Source of the DNA: a plasmid
Strand: one strand, 5' to 3'
Sequence record: NZ_CP035509.1
Length of the DNA stretch: 54,639 nucleotides
Part shown: positions 1-11,881 of the stretch, piece after piece
Position numbering within the stretch: position 1 is the first letter of the stretch
How the letters are laid out: each line of letters opens with the position of its first letter
The notes under the pieces: generated by a model
Database searches by the model: none
What the model was told of the DNA's origin: nothing
The model's input: only the letters and a program-made list of their open reading frames with translations
Program-made: the position numbers and the translations under genes

Positions 1-540
1 ATCGTCGCGGCGACGATCGTCATACTGCCCCGGCCGATATGGGTTAGATTGGTTTGAAGACCCATCTGCGTTCTTATGTTCCGACGCAGTCAGCAGACGC
101 CCGACAGCAAGACCGGCGAGAATACATCCGCCGATGAAGATTGCCGGATTGGCGCGTGCGTAGGCAGAGACTGAGCGTGTCAGATCGCTGACGGATTGCC
201 CGTCAAGTTCCGAGCTCAGGCTTTCAAGCACATCCGCCCCTTGGCCAAGAAGGGATGACGGAGCAGCACCGATGCCGCTTTCGGCTTTCGCGGCCTGTTC
301 CTTGGATGCGTTGCGAAGGGTCTCTGCAAGGGACCGGAATTCCGCGCCCACGCCTGCCTTACGGCGGTCGAGCTCGTCGGTAACGACGGTTTTGATCGTT
401 GACGCGCCTTCGGTCTTCAAACGCTCGGCATGGCCCGAAAGACGTTGGCGCGCATCCTCGTACTCGTGCCGTGCGGCATCCTTTAGGTCTTCGGTAGGTC
501 TCTGGGTGTCGCCGGTCCGGTTTTGCTCGTTATCGGTCAT
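1..540 (-). CDS. DUF883/DUF3618-like membrane-anchored stress protein; partial, the C-terminus runs off the window start
   Basis: Reverse strand has an ATG at 538-540 preceded by GGAGG, then MTDNEQNRTGD... with no stop before position 1. There is a C-terminal hydrophobic segment (AIFIGGCILAGLAVGRLL). It resembles the DUF3618-like protein at 53191-54066. Confidence 0.5.
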   Translation of the reverse strand, partial: MTDNEQNRTGDTQRPTEDLKDAARHEYEDARQRLSGHAERLKTEGASTIKTVVTDELDRRKAGVGAEFRSLAETLRNASKEQAAKAESGIGAAPSSLLGQGADVLESLSSELDGQSVSDLTRSVSAYARANPAIFIGGCILAGLAVGRLLTASEHKNADGSSNQSNPYRPGQYDDRRRDD

Positions 541-689
541 CGCATGTTTCCTCCATTTGCCCGCATCGGGCATTCCTATGGATCAACGGCGTCAGGCCGG
601 TCTGGTTCACTAAGACGGGCGACTTATACGGTATTCACGATCATCGACGTCTTTGGCGTGAAGCCCGGAATGGCCGGGAGAATTGAGCC

Positions 690-715
690 GGAACATCAGG
701 ATCGAAGAGCAAGTT
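690..715 (+). promoter_or_regulatory. Candidate ECF sigma (EcfG-type general stress) promoter: GGAAC-N17-AGTT
   Basis: GGAAC at 690-694 and AGTT at 712-715, about 50 nt upstream of the SDR start codon. Confidence 0.35.
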
Positions 716-766
716 CCTTTAAGGCAGTGCCGCAACGCGGCGCGTTTCAAGGAAACCGAGGACGTC

Positions 767-1624
767 ATGATCGATTATCCGACACCGCCCTATCCCGAAC
801 AACAGCAAGACATGCCAGGAACGACCGGCGCGATGACCCCGCGTCCGGATCATGGTGAAGAAAGCTATGCGGGGTCGGGCCGTCTGGCCGGTCTCAAAGC
901 CGTCATCACAGGGGGCGATAGCGGCATTGGTCGCGCGGTTGCCATCGCCTACGCGCGTGAAGGAGTTGACATTCTTATCTCGTATTTGAACGAGCACGAA
1001 GACGCGAAAGACACTGCACGTCTGGTCGAGCAGGCGGGGCGCAAGGCAGTGCTGGTTCCAGGCGACATCAAAGAAGCAGCGCATTGCCGCAAGATCATAG
1101 ATACGGCAGTCAACGAACTTGGCGGCCTCGACATACTCGTGAATAACGCCGCCCATCAGGCGACGTTTGATAGCGTTGCCGACATTCCGGACGAGGAGTG
1201 GGAGCTGACATTCAAGGTCAATATCCATGCGATGTTCTACCTCGTGAAGGCAGCCCTGCCGCACTTGAGCGCGGGCGCGTCGATCATCAACACCACCTCG
1301 ATCAATGCTGATAAGCCAAACCCCGGTCTGTTGGCCTACGCAACAACCAAGGGCGCAATACAGAACTTCACGGGCGGCCTCGCGCAAGCGCTGGCCGAAC
1401 AGGGTATCCGCGTGAACTGCGTCGCACCCGGTCCCATCTGGACGCCGCTGATCCCGTCGACGATGCCTGCGGAGAAGGTCTCGAAATTTGGCGAGCAGGT
1501 CCCGTTCAAGCGCGCTGGCCAACCGGCCGAACTTGCCGCCGCCTATGTGATGCTGGCCGATCCCCGGTCCAGCTACACCTCGGGCGCAACCATCGCCGTC
1601 ACCGGCGGCCAGCCAATCATTTGA
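767..1624 (+). CDS. SDR family oxidoreductase, YghA/general stress protein 39-like
   Basis: [19 protein letters not shown] Rossmann motif, plus N-terminal [14 protein letters not shown]...[18 protein letters not shown] as in YghA. The ORF track starts at 683, but ATG 767 has a GAGGA RBS and matches the family N-terminus. Confidence 0.85.
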   Translation: MIDYPTPPYPEQQQDMPGTTGAMTPRPDHGEESYAGSGRLAGLKAVITGGDSGIGRAVAIAYAREGVDILISYLNEHEDAKDTARLVEQAGRKAVLVPGDIKEAAHCRKIIDTAVNELGGLDILVNNAAHQATFDSVADIPDEEWELTFKVNIHAMFYLVKAALPHLSAGASIINTTSINADKPNPGLLAYATTKGAIQNFTGGLAQALAEQGIRVNCVAPGPIWTPLIPSTMPAEKVSKFGEQVPFKRAGQPAELAAAYVMLADPRSSYTSGATIAVTGGQPII

Positions 1625-1634
1625 GGAGACGGAT

Positions 1635-2804
1635 ATGAAGGCTCTTACCTGGCATGGCAAAAGCGACATGCGCTATGAGACGGTCCCCGATCCGCAGATC
1701 GAGGACGCAAAGGATGCGATCATCAAGGTGACGTCCTGTGCAATCTGTGGCTCAGACCTGCATATCTACGACGGCGTCATGGCCTGCATGGAGCATGGCG
1801 ACGTCATCGGCCACGAGACGATGGGAGAAGTGGTAGAGGTCGGCGCCGACACCAGCAAACTGAAGGTCGGCGACCGTGTCGTTATCCCTTTCACTATTGC
1901 CTGCGGCGAGTGCTTCTTTTGCCAACGTGGTTTTTTCTCGGGGTGCGAAAGGTCGAACCGCGACTTCGACAAGGCTAAGAAGATGTGGGGCAATTCGCCC
2001 GCTGGTTTGTTCGGCTATTCGCATTTGCTGGGCGGTTATTCCGGCGGTCAGGCGGAATATCTGCGGGTGCCTTATGCTGATGTTGGCCATATCAAGGTGC
2101 CGTCGAATCTTTCCGACGATCAGGCGCTGTTCCTGTCGGACATCTTCCCGACCGGCTATATGGCGGCGGAATTCTGCGACATCAAACCAGGCGACACGAT
2201 CGCGATCTGGGGCTGCGGGCCGGTCGGACAGATGGCGATCCGGTCGGCCTTCATCCTTGGGGCGGAGCGGGTGATCGCCATCGACACCGTGCCCGAACGG
2301 TTGGCGCTTGCCGCCGCCGCAGGCGCCGAGGTGCTCGATTTTGCAGAGGCCGACATCTATGACGAGATCATGGCCCGCACAGAAGGGCGCGGCGCGGATG
2401 CCTGCATCGACGCAGTCGGGACCGAGCCAGACACCACATCGGGCTTCATGGCGGTAATCGACAGGATCAAGGTCGCGACCTTCATGGGCACCGACCGCCC
2501 GCATGTGCTGCGTCAGGCGATCATGTGCTGCCGCAACTTCGGCACCGTTTCCATCGTCGGCGTCTATGCGGGGTTCCTCGACAAGATGCCGATGGGATCG
2601 GCGATCAATCGCGGCCTGACCTTCCGCATGGCCCAGACGCCGGTGCAGCGCTACATGCCCAAACTCTTGGGCCTGATCGAGGAGGGGCGGATCGACCCGT
2701 CATTCGTCATCACCCACAAAGGCAAGCTGGAAGATGGGCCGGAGCTTTACAAGACCTTCCGCGACAAAGCGGACGGCTGCATCAAAGTCGTGCTGAACCC
2801 CTGA
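1635..2804 (+). CDS. Zinc-dependent alcohol dehydrogenase family protein (formaldehyde/threonine dehydrogenase-like)
   Basis: CAICGSDLH zinc-binding motif and GCGPVGQ NAD-binding motif. It starts 11 nt after the SDR stop, so the two are probably an operon. Confidence 0.85.
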   Translation: MKALTWHGKSDMRYETVPDPQIEDAKDAIIKVTSCAICGSDLHIYDGVMACMEHGDVIGHETMGEVVEVGADTSKLKVGDRVVIPFTIACGECFFCQRGFFSGCERSNRDFDKAKKMWGNSPAGLFGYSHLLGGYSGGQAEYLRVPYADVGHIKVPSNLSDDQALFLSDIFPTGYMAAEFCDIKPGDTIAIWGCGPVGQMAIRSAFILGAERVIAIDTVPERLALAAAAGAEVLDFAEADIYDEIMARTEGRGADACIDAVGTEPDTTSGFMAVIDRIKVATFMGTDRPHVLRQAIMCCRNFGTVSIVGVYAGFLDKMPMGSAINRGLTFRMAQTPVQRYMPKLLGLIEEGRIDPSFVITHKGKLEDGPELYKTFRDKADGCIKVVLNP

Positions 2805-2814
2805 GCCCAAGGAA

Positions 2815-3129
2815 ATGACAATGTCCGAAGACAAAACCAAGACCGTGAATGCCATCTTTGCCACGCGCGAAGCCGCAGACCGTGCCGTCGAACATCTGGT
2901 GCAGCAGCATGACCTGAACCGCGCAGATGTGTTCGTCGAGGCAATGGGCCCCGAAAATTCGGCAGGGACGGAAGAATCCGGTGGCGATGCCTCACCGGCG
3001 ATGGGCGACGACGACCGTTCGGATGGCGCCCTCGCCGGGTCCATTCAAATCTCCGTGGATGTCACTGAAAGCGAAGTCGCGAAGGTCCGGAAGGCATTCG
3101 CCGACACCGGAGAGAGATCGCCGACGTGA
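2815..3129 (+). CDS. Small acidic protein, general stress protein 17M (DUF1269)-like
   Basis: VNAIFATREAADRAVEHLV...ADVFV pattern typical of YflT/GSP17M domains. Located in a stress cluster. Confidence 0.4.
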   Translation: MTMSEDKTKTVNAIFATREAADRAVEHLVQQHDLNRADVFVEAMGPENSAGTEESGGDASPAMGDDDRSDGALAGSIQISVDVTESEVAKVRKAFADTGERSPT

Positions 3130-3138
3130 GGTGACCCC

Positions 3139-3327
3139 CTAATGGGCGGGCGTCTTTTGCGCGCTCGCCCTGCCGGCCGCCGTGACGATGGGGACGACCG
3201 CAAGCAATATCCCCGATACGAGACAGCCGATCGGCAGAAGCCCAAGGGGCGTCACCTCGACCTCCGCATGAAGCCCGAGGGGTCTGGTGTGGAAAGTGAA
3301 CGATGCGCGGTTTGAGTTTCGTTGCAT
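3139..3327 (-). CDS. Small hydrophobic protein (62 aa), translationally coupled to the upstream DUF2243 gene
   Basis: Its ATG (3325-3327) overlaps the DUF2243 stop (3327-3329) as ATGA, with GGAGG 5 nt upstream. Predicted TM segment LLPIGCLVSGILLAVVPIV. Confidence 0.4.
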   Translation of the reverse strand: MQRNSNRASFTFHTRPLGLHAEVEVTPLGLLPIGCLVSGILLAVVPIVTAAGRASAQKTPAH

Positions 3328-3917
3328 CACGCCTCCGTCCACGCAAGGCAGCCCGCCGCCGGTCCGCGTCCAACCATGACCGCCCCGTGCAGGTATAGCC
3401 GCCACCACTCCGCATCCTCGGGCATGTCGAGCGCCCATACGCCTCCCGAGGCGTCTGTGGTGATGAGGTTCGCGCCGACCGCCTCTGCCGCGCGCGTGAT
3501 CGAGGCGAAACTCGTATTCGGCGCAAAGGCAACGATTACCGGCCCCTTGGGCTCAACTATAGGAACGGCGTTGAGTGCCCCCATGCCGACTGCAGCCATT
3601 AGGAGTAAGATACGGATGCCGCGCATTGGGGGCGGAGGGCGGCGTAGGGCAAGAAGCCCGAGGGCGATCGGAACGAACCCAAAGGCCGCGACCCAGCCCA
3701 GATCCCAAAGCAGCGGGTTCGCGGCAGCATCCTTGATGCGGTGGATGCCCAGAACGCCGTGCGACAAAACGGCATCAAAGACATGCCATGACCCGAAGCC
3801 GATCAGCGTGTTTGCTGCCAAACGTTCAGGGCGCACATCCCCGCGCCATAGCATCCACAGGGCGATGATAAGCGCTGCGAACATGGCAAGATGAAACACG
3901 CCATCGGTCATGATCAA
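3327..3917 (-). CDS. DUF2243-like integral membrane protein
   Basis: Several TM segments and an HGVLGIHRI motif. Confidence 0.55.
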   Translation of the reverse strand: MIMTDGVFHLAMFAALIIALWMLWRGDVRPERLAANTLIGFGSWHVFDAVLSHGVLGIHRIKDAAANPLLWDLGWVAAFGFVPIALGLLALRRPPPPMRGIRILLLMAAVGMGALNAVPIVEPKGPVIVAFAPNTSFASITRAAEAVGANLITTDASGGVWALDMPEDAEWWRLYLHGAVMVGRGPAAGCLAWTEA

Positions 3918-3941
3918 GAACCAGACATTCGCGTTCCAATC

Positions 3942-4996
3942 GGCGTTGTTGCAAAACTCTGCGTGCCGGGGGATTCACGCAGCGGGGCTGGTAGAGTAAG
4001 CGTTTCGGCATGAGCAAGCCCGAAGCTGTCCGCTACCGCACGACGAACTGGAAGTCCTACAACAAGGCCCTGAAGCGGCGCGGGTCACTGCTGATCTGGC
4101 TGGACAAGGACATGGTCTGGCTGCCCCCCAAGGCGGGGCGTCCTGGTCGTCCGCCGGTGTTCTCTGATGCAGCGATCCAGTTCTGCCTGATGGTGAAGGT
4201 GCTCTTTGGCCTGCCACTCCGGCAAACAACCGGGATGGTGGCCTGCATTCTGAAGATGGCAGGGCTCGACTGGCCAGTGCCGGACTTCTCCACCCTGAGC
4301 CGCAGACAAGGATCTTTGGTGGTCGACATACCCCACCGCCGTGCAACGGGGCCGCTGAACCTGCTGGTCGACAGCACCGGGATCAAGTTCCTGGGCGACG
4401 GGGAATGGCTGGCGCGCAAGCACGGCACGCACCGCAGGCGCCAATACCGCAAGGTTCATCTGGCGATGGACACGGCCACCGGCGACATCCGAGCGGTGGA
4501 GTTCACCTCGAGCCGCGAAGGCGACAGCCCTGTGCTGCCGGATCTGCTGGATCAGATCCCGGCCGATGAACAGGTAGGCACCGTGACCGGCGACGGCGCC
4601 TTCGACACCCGGCGGTGTCACACCGCAATCGTCGATCGCGGCGGCACGGCCATCATCCCGATCCGCAAGAACGGACGCCTCTGGAAGGAGAACTGCCCTG
4701 CCGCCCGTGCCCGCAACGACATCCTTCGGGCGAGCAAACGCTTTGGGCGAGCAAACTGGAAGCACTGGTCCGGCTATCACGTCCGAAGTCGGATCGAGGC
4801 AAAAATGCGCTGCCTGAAGTCCTTCGGCGAGCGCATTGCCTCACGAGACCCCGACCGCCAGACCGCTGAGATCCACATCCGCATCGCCCTCATGAACCGC
4901 TTCAACACCCTCGGCACTGCCGAGACCGAACGCGTGGCCTAAGGCTGGTGGGGTAAGGGGACATCACGCTTCAACGCCGAGTTCTGCAACAATGCC
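3942..4996 (+). mobile_element. IS5 family (IS903-group-like) element, here called IS5-A, copy 1; 1055 bp
   Basis: Terminal inverted repeats GGCGTTGTTGCAAAACTC (left) and GGCATTGTTGCAGAACTC (right, reverse complement). Same length as copy 4 at 50118-51172. Confidence 0.8.
4010..4942 (+). CDS. IS5 family transposase (DDE)
   Basis: 310-aa protein starting MSKPEAVRYRTTNWKSYNKALKRRGSL, characteristic of the IS5 family. Identical to the copies at 8017-8721 (fragment) and 50172-51104. Confidence 0.9.
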   Translation: MSKPEAVRYRTTNWKSYNKALKRRGSLLIWLDKDMVWLPPKAGRPGRPPVFSDAAIQFCLMVKVLFGLPLRQTTGMVACILKMAGLDWPVPDFSTLSRRQGSLVVDIPHRRATGPLNLLVDSTGIKFLGDGEWLARKHGTHRRRQYRKVHLAMDTATGDIRAVEFTSSREGDSPVLPDLLDQIPADEQVGTVTGDGAFDTRRCHTAIVDRGGTAIIPIRKNGRLWKENCPAARARNDILRASKRFGRANWKHWSGYHVRSRIEAKMRCLKSFGERIASRDPDRQTAEIHIRIALMNRFNTLGTAETERVA

Positions 4997-5073
4997 CCTC
5001 GGCATCGAAGTGACCTGAAGTTCTCGTAGCTGATCGGGGGCTACTGCCCAGGCAGCGCTTGCTGATCCCTTTG

Positions 5074-5378
5074 GGCGTTGTTGCAAAACTCTGCGTGCCG
5101 GGGGATTCACGCAGCGGGGCTGGTAGAGTAAGCGTTTCGGCATGAGCAAGCCCGAAGCTGTCCGCTACCGCACGACGAACTGGAAGTCCTACAACAAGGC
5201 CCTGAAGCGGCGCGGGTCACTGCTGATCTGGCTGGACAAGGACATGGTCTGGCTGCCCCCCAAGGCGGGGCGTCCTGGTCGTCCGCCGGTGTTCTCTGAT
5301 GCAGCGATCCAGTTCTGCCTGATGGTGAAGGTGCTCTTTGGCCTGCCACTCCGGCAAACAACCGGGATGGTGGCCTGC
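5074..5378 (+). mobile_element. IS5-A copy 2, left part, interrupted by an IS21 element
   Basis: Identical to copy 1 from its left inverted repeat up to the codon for ...TGMVAC, where IS21 sequence begins. The 9-bp sequence ATCCCTTTG directly precedes it and recurs after the right part at 8776. Confidence 0.75.
5142..5378 (+). pseudogene. IS5-A transposase, N-terminal 79 codons (disrupted by IS21)
   Basis: Translation identical to that of 4010-4942 up to MVAC, then diverges into IS21 end sequence. Confidence 0.8.
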
Positions 5379-5496
5379 CGCGCGACAATCAGGGTGAGAT
5401 TCCGCGTCAATCTGGGTGAGACGCCGTGGTGGTCCTGTGGTGGAGGGAGGGCGTAGCCCGACCGGAAGCACAGGACCACCACGGCGCGCGCTTTGA

Positions 5497-7967
<2,471 letters not shown>

Positions 7968-8016
7968 AATCTCATCCAGATTGACGCGCGCGTCTCTTCC
8001 AGATTGTCGCGCTATA

Positions 8017-8721
8017 GTGGCCAGCATTCTGAAGATGGCAGGGCTCGACTGGCCAGTGCCGGACTTCTCCACCCTGAGCCGCAGACAAGGATCTTTGGTG
8101 GTCGACATACCCCACCGCCGTGCAACGGGGCCGCTGAACCTGCTGGTCGACAGCACCGGGATCAAGTTCCTGGGCGACGGGGAATGGCTGGCGCGCAAGC
8201 ACGGCACGCACCGCAGGCGCCAATACCGCAAGGTTCATCTGGCGATGGACACGGCCACCGGCGACATCCGAGCGGTGGAGTTCACCTCGAGCCGCGAAGG
8301 CGACAGCCCTGTGCTGCCGGATCTGCTGGATCAGATCCCGGCCGATGAACAGGTAGGCACCGTGACCGGCGACGGCGCCTTCGACACCCGGCGGTGTCAC
8401 ACCGCAATCGTCGATCGCGGCGGCACGGCCATCATCCCGATCCGCAAGAACGGACGCCTCTGGAAGGAGAACTGCCCTGCCGCCCGTGCCCGCAACGACA
8501 TCCTTCGGGCGAGCAAACGCTTTGGGCGAGCAAACTGGAAGCACTGGTCCGGCTATCACGTCCGAAGTCGGATCGAGGCAAAAATGCGCTGCCTGAAGTC
8601 CTTCGGCGAGCGCATCGCCTCACGAGACCCCGACCGCCAGACCGCTGAGATCCACATCCGCATCGCCCTCATGAACCGCTTCAACACCCTCGGCACTGCC
8701 GAGACCGAACGCGTGGCCTAA
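8017..8721 (+). pseudogene. IS5-A transposase, C-terminal part
   Basis: Translation identical to residues about 79-310 of the 4010-4942 product. Confidence 0.8.
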
Positions 8722-8775
8722 GGCTGGTGGGGTAAGGGGACATCACGCTTCAACGCCGAGTTCTGCAACAATGCC
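8017..8775 (+). mobile_element. IS5-A copy 2, right part
   Basis: Continues the IS5-A sequence from ...ILKMAGLDW to the right inverted repeat GCAACAATGCC (ends 8775). Followed by ATCCCTTTGG, the same 9-10 bp found before the left part. Confidence 0.75.
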
Positions 8776-8783
8776 ATCCCTTT

Positions 8784-8808
8784 GGAACCCTCTCTCCCCG
8801 GCAGAGTT
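8784..8808 (+). promoter_or_regulatory. Candidate EcfG-type promoter: GGAAC-N16-AGTT
   Basis: GGAAC at 8784-8788 and AGTT at 8805-8808, about 45 nt upstream of the DUF892 start. The -35 element directly abuts the IS5-A right end and its target-site duplication. Confidence 0.4.
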
Positions 8809-8856
8809 TCAGTTCGCCAGCTAAAATGGCATTTGACCGTGTGAGGAGAGTATCAA

Positions 8857-9546
8857 ATGGCTACGGCGAAAGACTCGACGAAGGACAAGACTACGGCAGC
8901 TGCGGCAAAGAAAACCGCCCGTGCGAGCGGGAGCAAGAGCCCGGCAGCAAGTGTAGAGACACGCCAAAAGCGGGCGCAAGCGGTCGCAGCCAAGTCTACC
9001 AATCGGAAAGCGGCACAAGCGGCAGCCCAAGACAGCAAGAGCCTTTCGGATCTTTTCGAGCATGCTCTTGGCGATATCTACTACGCAGAGAAGAAAATTT
9101 ATAAGTCTCTGCCCAAGATGATCAAGGCAGCCGACCATCCCGATCTGGTCGCGGCATTGACGTCGCACCGGGAGGAAACCGCCGGTCAGATCGAGAAGCT
9201 GGAAGCGATCTTCGAGCTACTGGGCAAGCGCGCCAAGGCTGAGAAGTGTGAAGCCATTGACGGCATCCTCGAAGAAGGTGAAAGTCTGCTGGAAGACTTT
9301 GGCGCAAGCGTCGCCGCCGATGCTGCAATTATCTTCAGCTGCCAGGCAATCGAGCACTACGAGATCACCCGGTACGGATCCATGCGTGCATTTGCCGAAG
9401 CGCTTGGATTGGATGAGGCGCGGCAGCATATCGAGGATATTCTGGCTCAGGAAACCGCTGCCGATACCCAGCTTACCGAGCTTGCCGAGGACTCTGTCAA
9501 TGCAGCTGCGACGGACTACGATGAGGATGAAGGCGCCGCCGCCTGA
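8857..9546 (+). CDS. Ferritin-like domain protein (DUF892, YciE/YciF family) with a Lys/Ala-rich N-terminal extension
   Basis: LSDLFEHALGDIYYAEKK...HREETAGQIEKLE pattern of YciE-like stress proteins. RBS GAGGAG. Confidence 0.8.
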   Translation: MATAKDSTKDKTTAAAAKKTARASGSKSPAASVETRQKRAQAVAAKSTNRKAAQAAAQDSKSLSDLFEHALGDIYYAEKKIYKSLPKMIKAADHPDLVAALTSHREETAGQIEKLEAIFELLGKRAKAEKCEAIDGILEEGESLLEDFGASVAADAAIIFSCQAIEHYEITRYGSMRAFAEALGLDEARQHIEDILAQETAADTQLTELAEDSVNAAATDYDEDEGAAA

Positions 9547-9664
9547 TTGCCGCTAATTTATTCGCAGTATGAACTTCGGACCGCGTGAAGAGCGCGTGGT
9601 CCGAAATCGGGGCCTATGATGGACACTTACCTCGTTTCGGCTCGAACAGCGCTTGGTCAGTCCA

Positions 9665-9934
9665 TTAGCCTGCGATGAACAGACAGATTGCGACTCCCGC
9701 CAGATAAATCCACGTGACCATGAATATCCACGGTGAGCGAGTTGCAAAGCGTGACCCTCGATAGAACGTGGTTTTTAGGTTCGGGTCGACAGGTGTATCC
9801 TGTGCAACTCTCCGCGTCGGCCAGTAACTGGCCAGATCCTGCTTTTCTTCCATGAGTACATTCTGCCGATCGTGCCAGCGATCGATGACCTCATAGGACG
9901 CCCTGATCGACCTCTGAGCATCGATCGACAGCAC
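9665..9934 (-). pseudogene. C-terminal fragment of a small membrane protein gene split by an IS3-family insertion
   Basis: Joining this fragment to 11098-11302 across the IS, after removing one copy of the 4-bp GCAC duplication, gives a continuous in-frame ORF (...GIFLLLVLSIDAQRSIR...). Confidence 0.5.
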
Positions 9935-10018
9935 TAACCCGAGAAGGGGTAATCCCCCCCGAAAGTAAGGGGCTGCATAAGTAGAATTTTCTCGGCAAGA
10001 TGAACGAGGAGATTCTGA

Positions 10019-10282
10019 ATGAAGACAAGCAGATACACTGAAGCGCAGATCCTTTCGATCCTGCGTCAGGCCGAAGGCGGGATGCCGGTGGCGGAGCTGT
10101 GCCGGGCGCATGGCATGAGCAGCGCGTCGTTTTACAAGTGGCGGGCGAAGTATGGGGGCATGGACGCGTCCCTGATCAGCCAGATGAAGGCTATGGAAGA
10201 GGAGAACCGGCGGCTGAAGCGGATGTACGCTGATCTCAGCATGCAGGCCGATTTGCTGAAGGAGGCTCTCGGAAAAAAATGA
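10019..10282 (+). CDS. IS3 family transposase OrfA (helix-turn-helix, HTH)
   Basis: [21 protein letters not shown]…, typical of IS3/IS407 OrfA. Confidence 0.8.
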   Translation: MKTSRYTEAQILSILRQAEGGMPVAELCRAHGMSSASFYKWRAKYGGMDASLISQMKAMEEENRRLKRMYADLSMQADLLKEALGKK

Positions 10283-11041
10283 CGCGGCCATCTCAACGCC
10301 GCGAGATGGCCGAGAAAGCGGTGGCGCGACACGGGGTCAGCATTGCGCTGGCTTGCCGGGCCTTCGGGGTGAGCGAGACCTGTTATCGCTACAGCCCGAA
10401 GCTGAAGGACGAGAATGAAGAGATCGCTGATCTGCTGGTCGGGCTGACGGACGCCCGCAAGACCTGGGGCTTCGGCTTGTGTTTCCTGCATTTGCGCAAC
10501 GTGAAGGGGCATCCATGGAACCACAAACGTGTTTATCGCATCTATTGCGCGCTGGAACTGAACCTGCGGATCAAGCCCCGCAAACGGCTGAAGCGTGAGA
10601 AGCCCGAGGCTCTGGCCGTGCCGGATGCGCCGAACCTGACCTGGTCCATGGACTTCATGGCCGATCGCCTGGGGGATGGCCGCCAGTTCCGGCTGTTGAA
10701 CGTGCTGGACGACTTCAACCGGGAGGGCTTGGGCATCCGGGAAACCGGGCACCATTCGGGTCGACAATGGCCCGGAATACATCAGCGGCAAGCTGATGGA
10801 ATGGGCCGAAAAGCGGAAGATCACCATCCAGCACATCCAACCCGGACAACCCCAGCAAAACGCTTACATTGAGCGCTACAACCGCACCGTCCGGCATGAA
10901 TGGCTCGACCAATACATCATCGAAACCATCGAGGAGGCTCAGGACTTCGCCACGCAATGGCTCTGGACTTACAACAACGACCGCCCGAACATGGGCATCG
11001 GCGGCATCACACCCGCACAGAAACTGAAGATGGCCGTGTGA
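10279..11041 (+). pseudogene. IS3 family transposase OrfB with an internal deletion and frameshift
   Basis: The reading frame changes near 10740: LGI is followed directly by [14 protein letters not shown] in another frame. About 20 codons (the EVD...RG segment of intact IS407-type OrfB) are missing. The DDE domain is split between ORFs 10279-10872 and 10796-11041. Confidence 0.75.
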
Positions 11042-11097
11042 ATTCTACGGATGCACCCCGCTAAAAATGGGGGGATTACCAAGGGTCATTGGAAACG

Positions 11098-11302
11098 GCA
11101 CAAGCAGCAGGAATATTCCGGGCTTGGACCATCCAGCGCTTATGGAAGAAGCGTAGGCAATGATTAGAAACGATTGGGCAGACAGGTACTCGCCTAGACG
11201 GCTGGACAGCATCTGCGCCTCGAAGTGGATCTCCTGCCGGTACCTCGCAAACCTGCGACCCTTTTCGGCGTGATCTTCTGGATCAATAGGCGTCTCGGTC
11301 AT
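11098..11302 (-). pseudogene. N-terminal fragment of the membrane protein gene split by the IS3 insertion
   Basis: MTETPIDPEDHAEKGRRF…SAGWSKPGIFLLL continues in frame with 9665-9934. Confidence 0.5.
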
Positions 11303-11766
11303 TGGGAACAGCCTTATTAGACGATTTTTCTTCAGGACCTGAAGAACGATGATCGCAGTCTTTGACGATTATGCGGTTGTGCGTTCTCGAAAGGCGGCAG
11401 TCATGAGCGCCGAGGATCCAAATGGTCGTTCAAGGTGTTCTTCCGTCCAACCCAAGTCACCCAGACCAGAGGGTCGCCTTACATTGGAGTTTGATATCCG
11501 CATTACAAGCGCGTGAACGGTCCAAAATATTTACTGATGAAGTCGCTCATAGTTCATCTAACACATTTACTCCACAGTTTAAGTTACTGATAAATCGAGC
11601 TATGAATTTTCGCGGGTAATCTGTCTTATGTGATATTATAACAAAAAAGGCTGCGTAGTTATTGTAGCTCAGAGTCCGTTTCAGACCTTCGACGTCCTTT
11701 TGGGGAAGATCGTTCCTCCATGCCAAGCAGGATCAGAACCTCTCAAACCAAGCGGGTTTTGGCGCC

Positions 11767-11881
11767 TCAGGCCGCGAGCCGCCGCACTTCCTCCAGCACC
11801 TTCTCCTCAAGGTAAGGCTTTCCAATAAAGGCTGCACCATTTGGGAGCAGTTCACGCGTCACATGCCGATGACCTGAGGTG
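11767..11881 (-). pseudogene. 3' remnant of a response-regulator receiver gene; truncation coincides with the end of composite A
   Basis: Translation …TSGHRHVTRELLPNGAAFIGKPYLEEKVLEEVRRLAA* resembles receiver-domain C-termini (…FTSG…FI.KPY). The 5' part is absent. Confidence 0.4.

Larger units (their letters stand above)
9935..11097 (+). mobile_element. IS3 family element (IS407/IS2-like), internally deleted copy
   Basis: Imperfect inverted repeats of about 45 bp (…GGTAATCCCCCC…TGCAT…GTAGAATT). orfA plus a frameshifted orfB. Probable 4-bp target-site duplication (TSD) GCAC. Confidence 0.7.

Noticed and set aside
683-766. Upstream extension of the SDR ORF to the ATG at 683
   Set aside because: Family members (YghA-like) start at [12 protein letters not shown], and a GAGGA RBS precedes ATG 767. 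The extension lacks an RBS and overlaps the candidate promoter.
272-1669. Several overlapping ORFs (272-613 +, 523-858 +, 719-1669 -) around the first two genes
   Set aside because: They run antisense to, or out of frame with, the well-supported DUF883-like and SDR genes. Their amino-acid composition is Arg/Ala-rich, typical of GC-rich spurious frames.
9665-10291. 208-aa ORF on the minus strand spanning the IS3 left end
   Set aside because: It is a chimera of a host gene fragment (9665-9934) and antisense IS sequence. The host gene continues on the other side of the IS.
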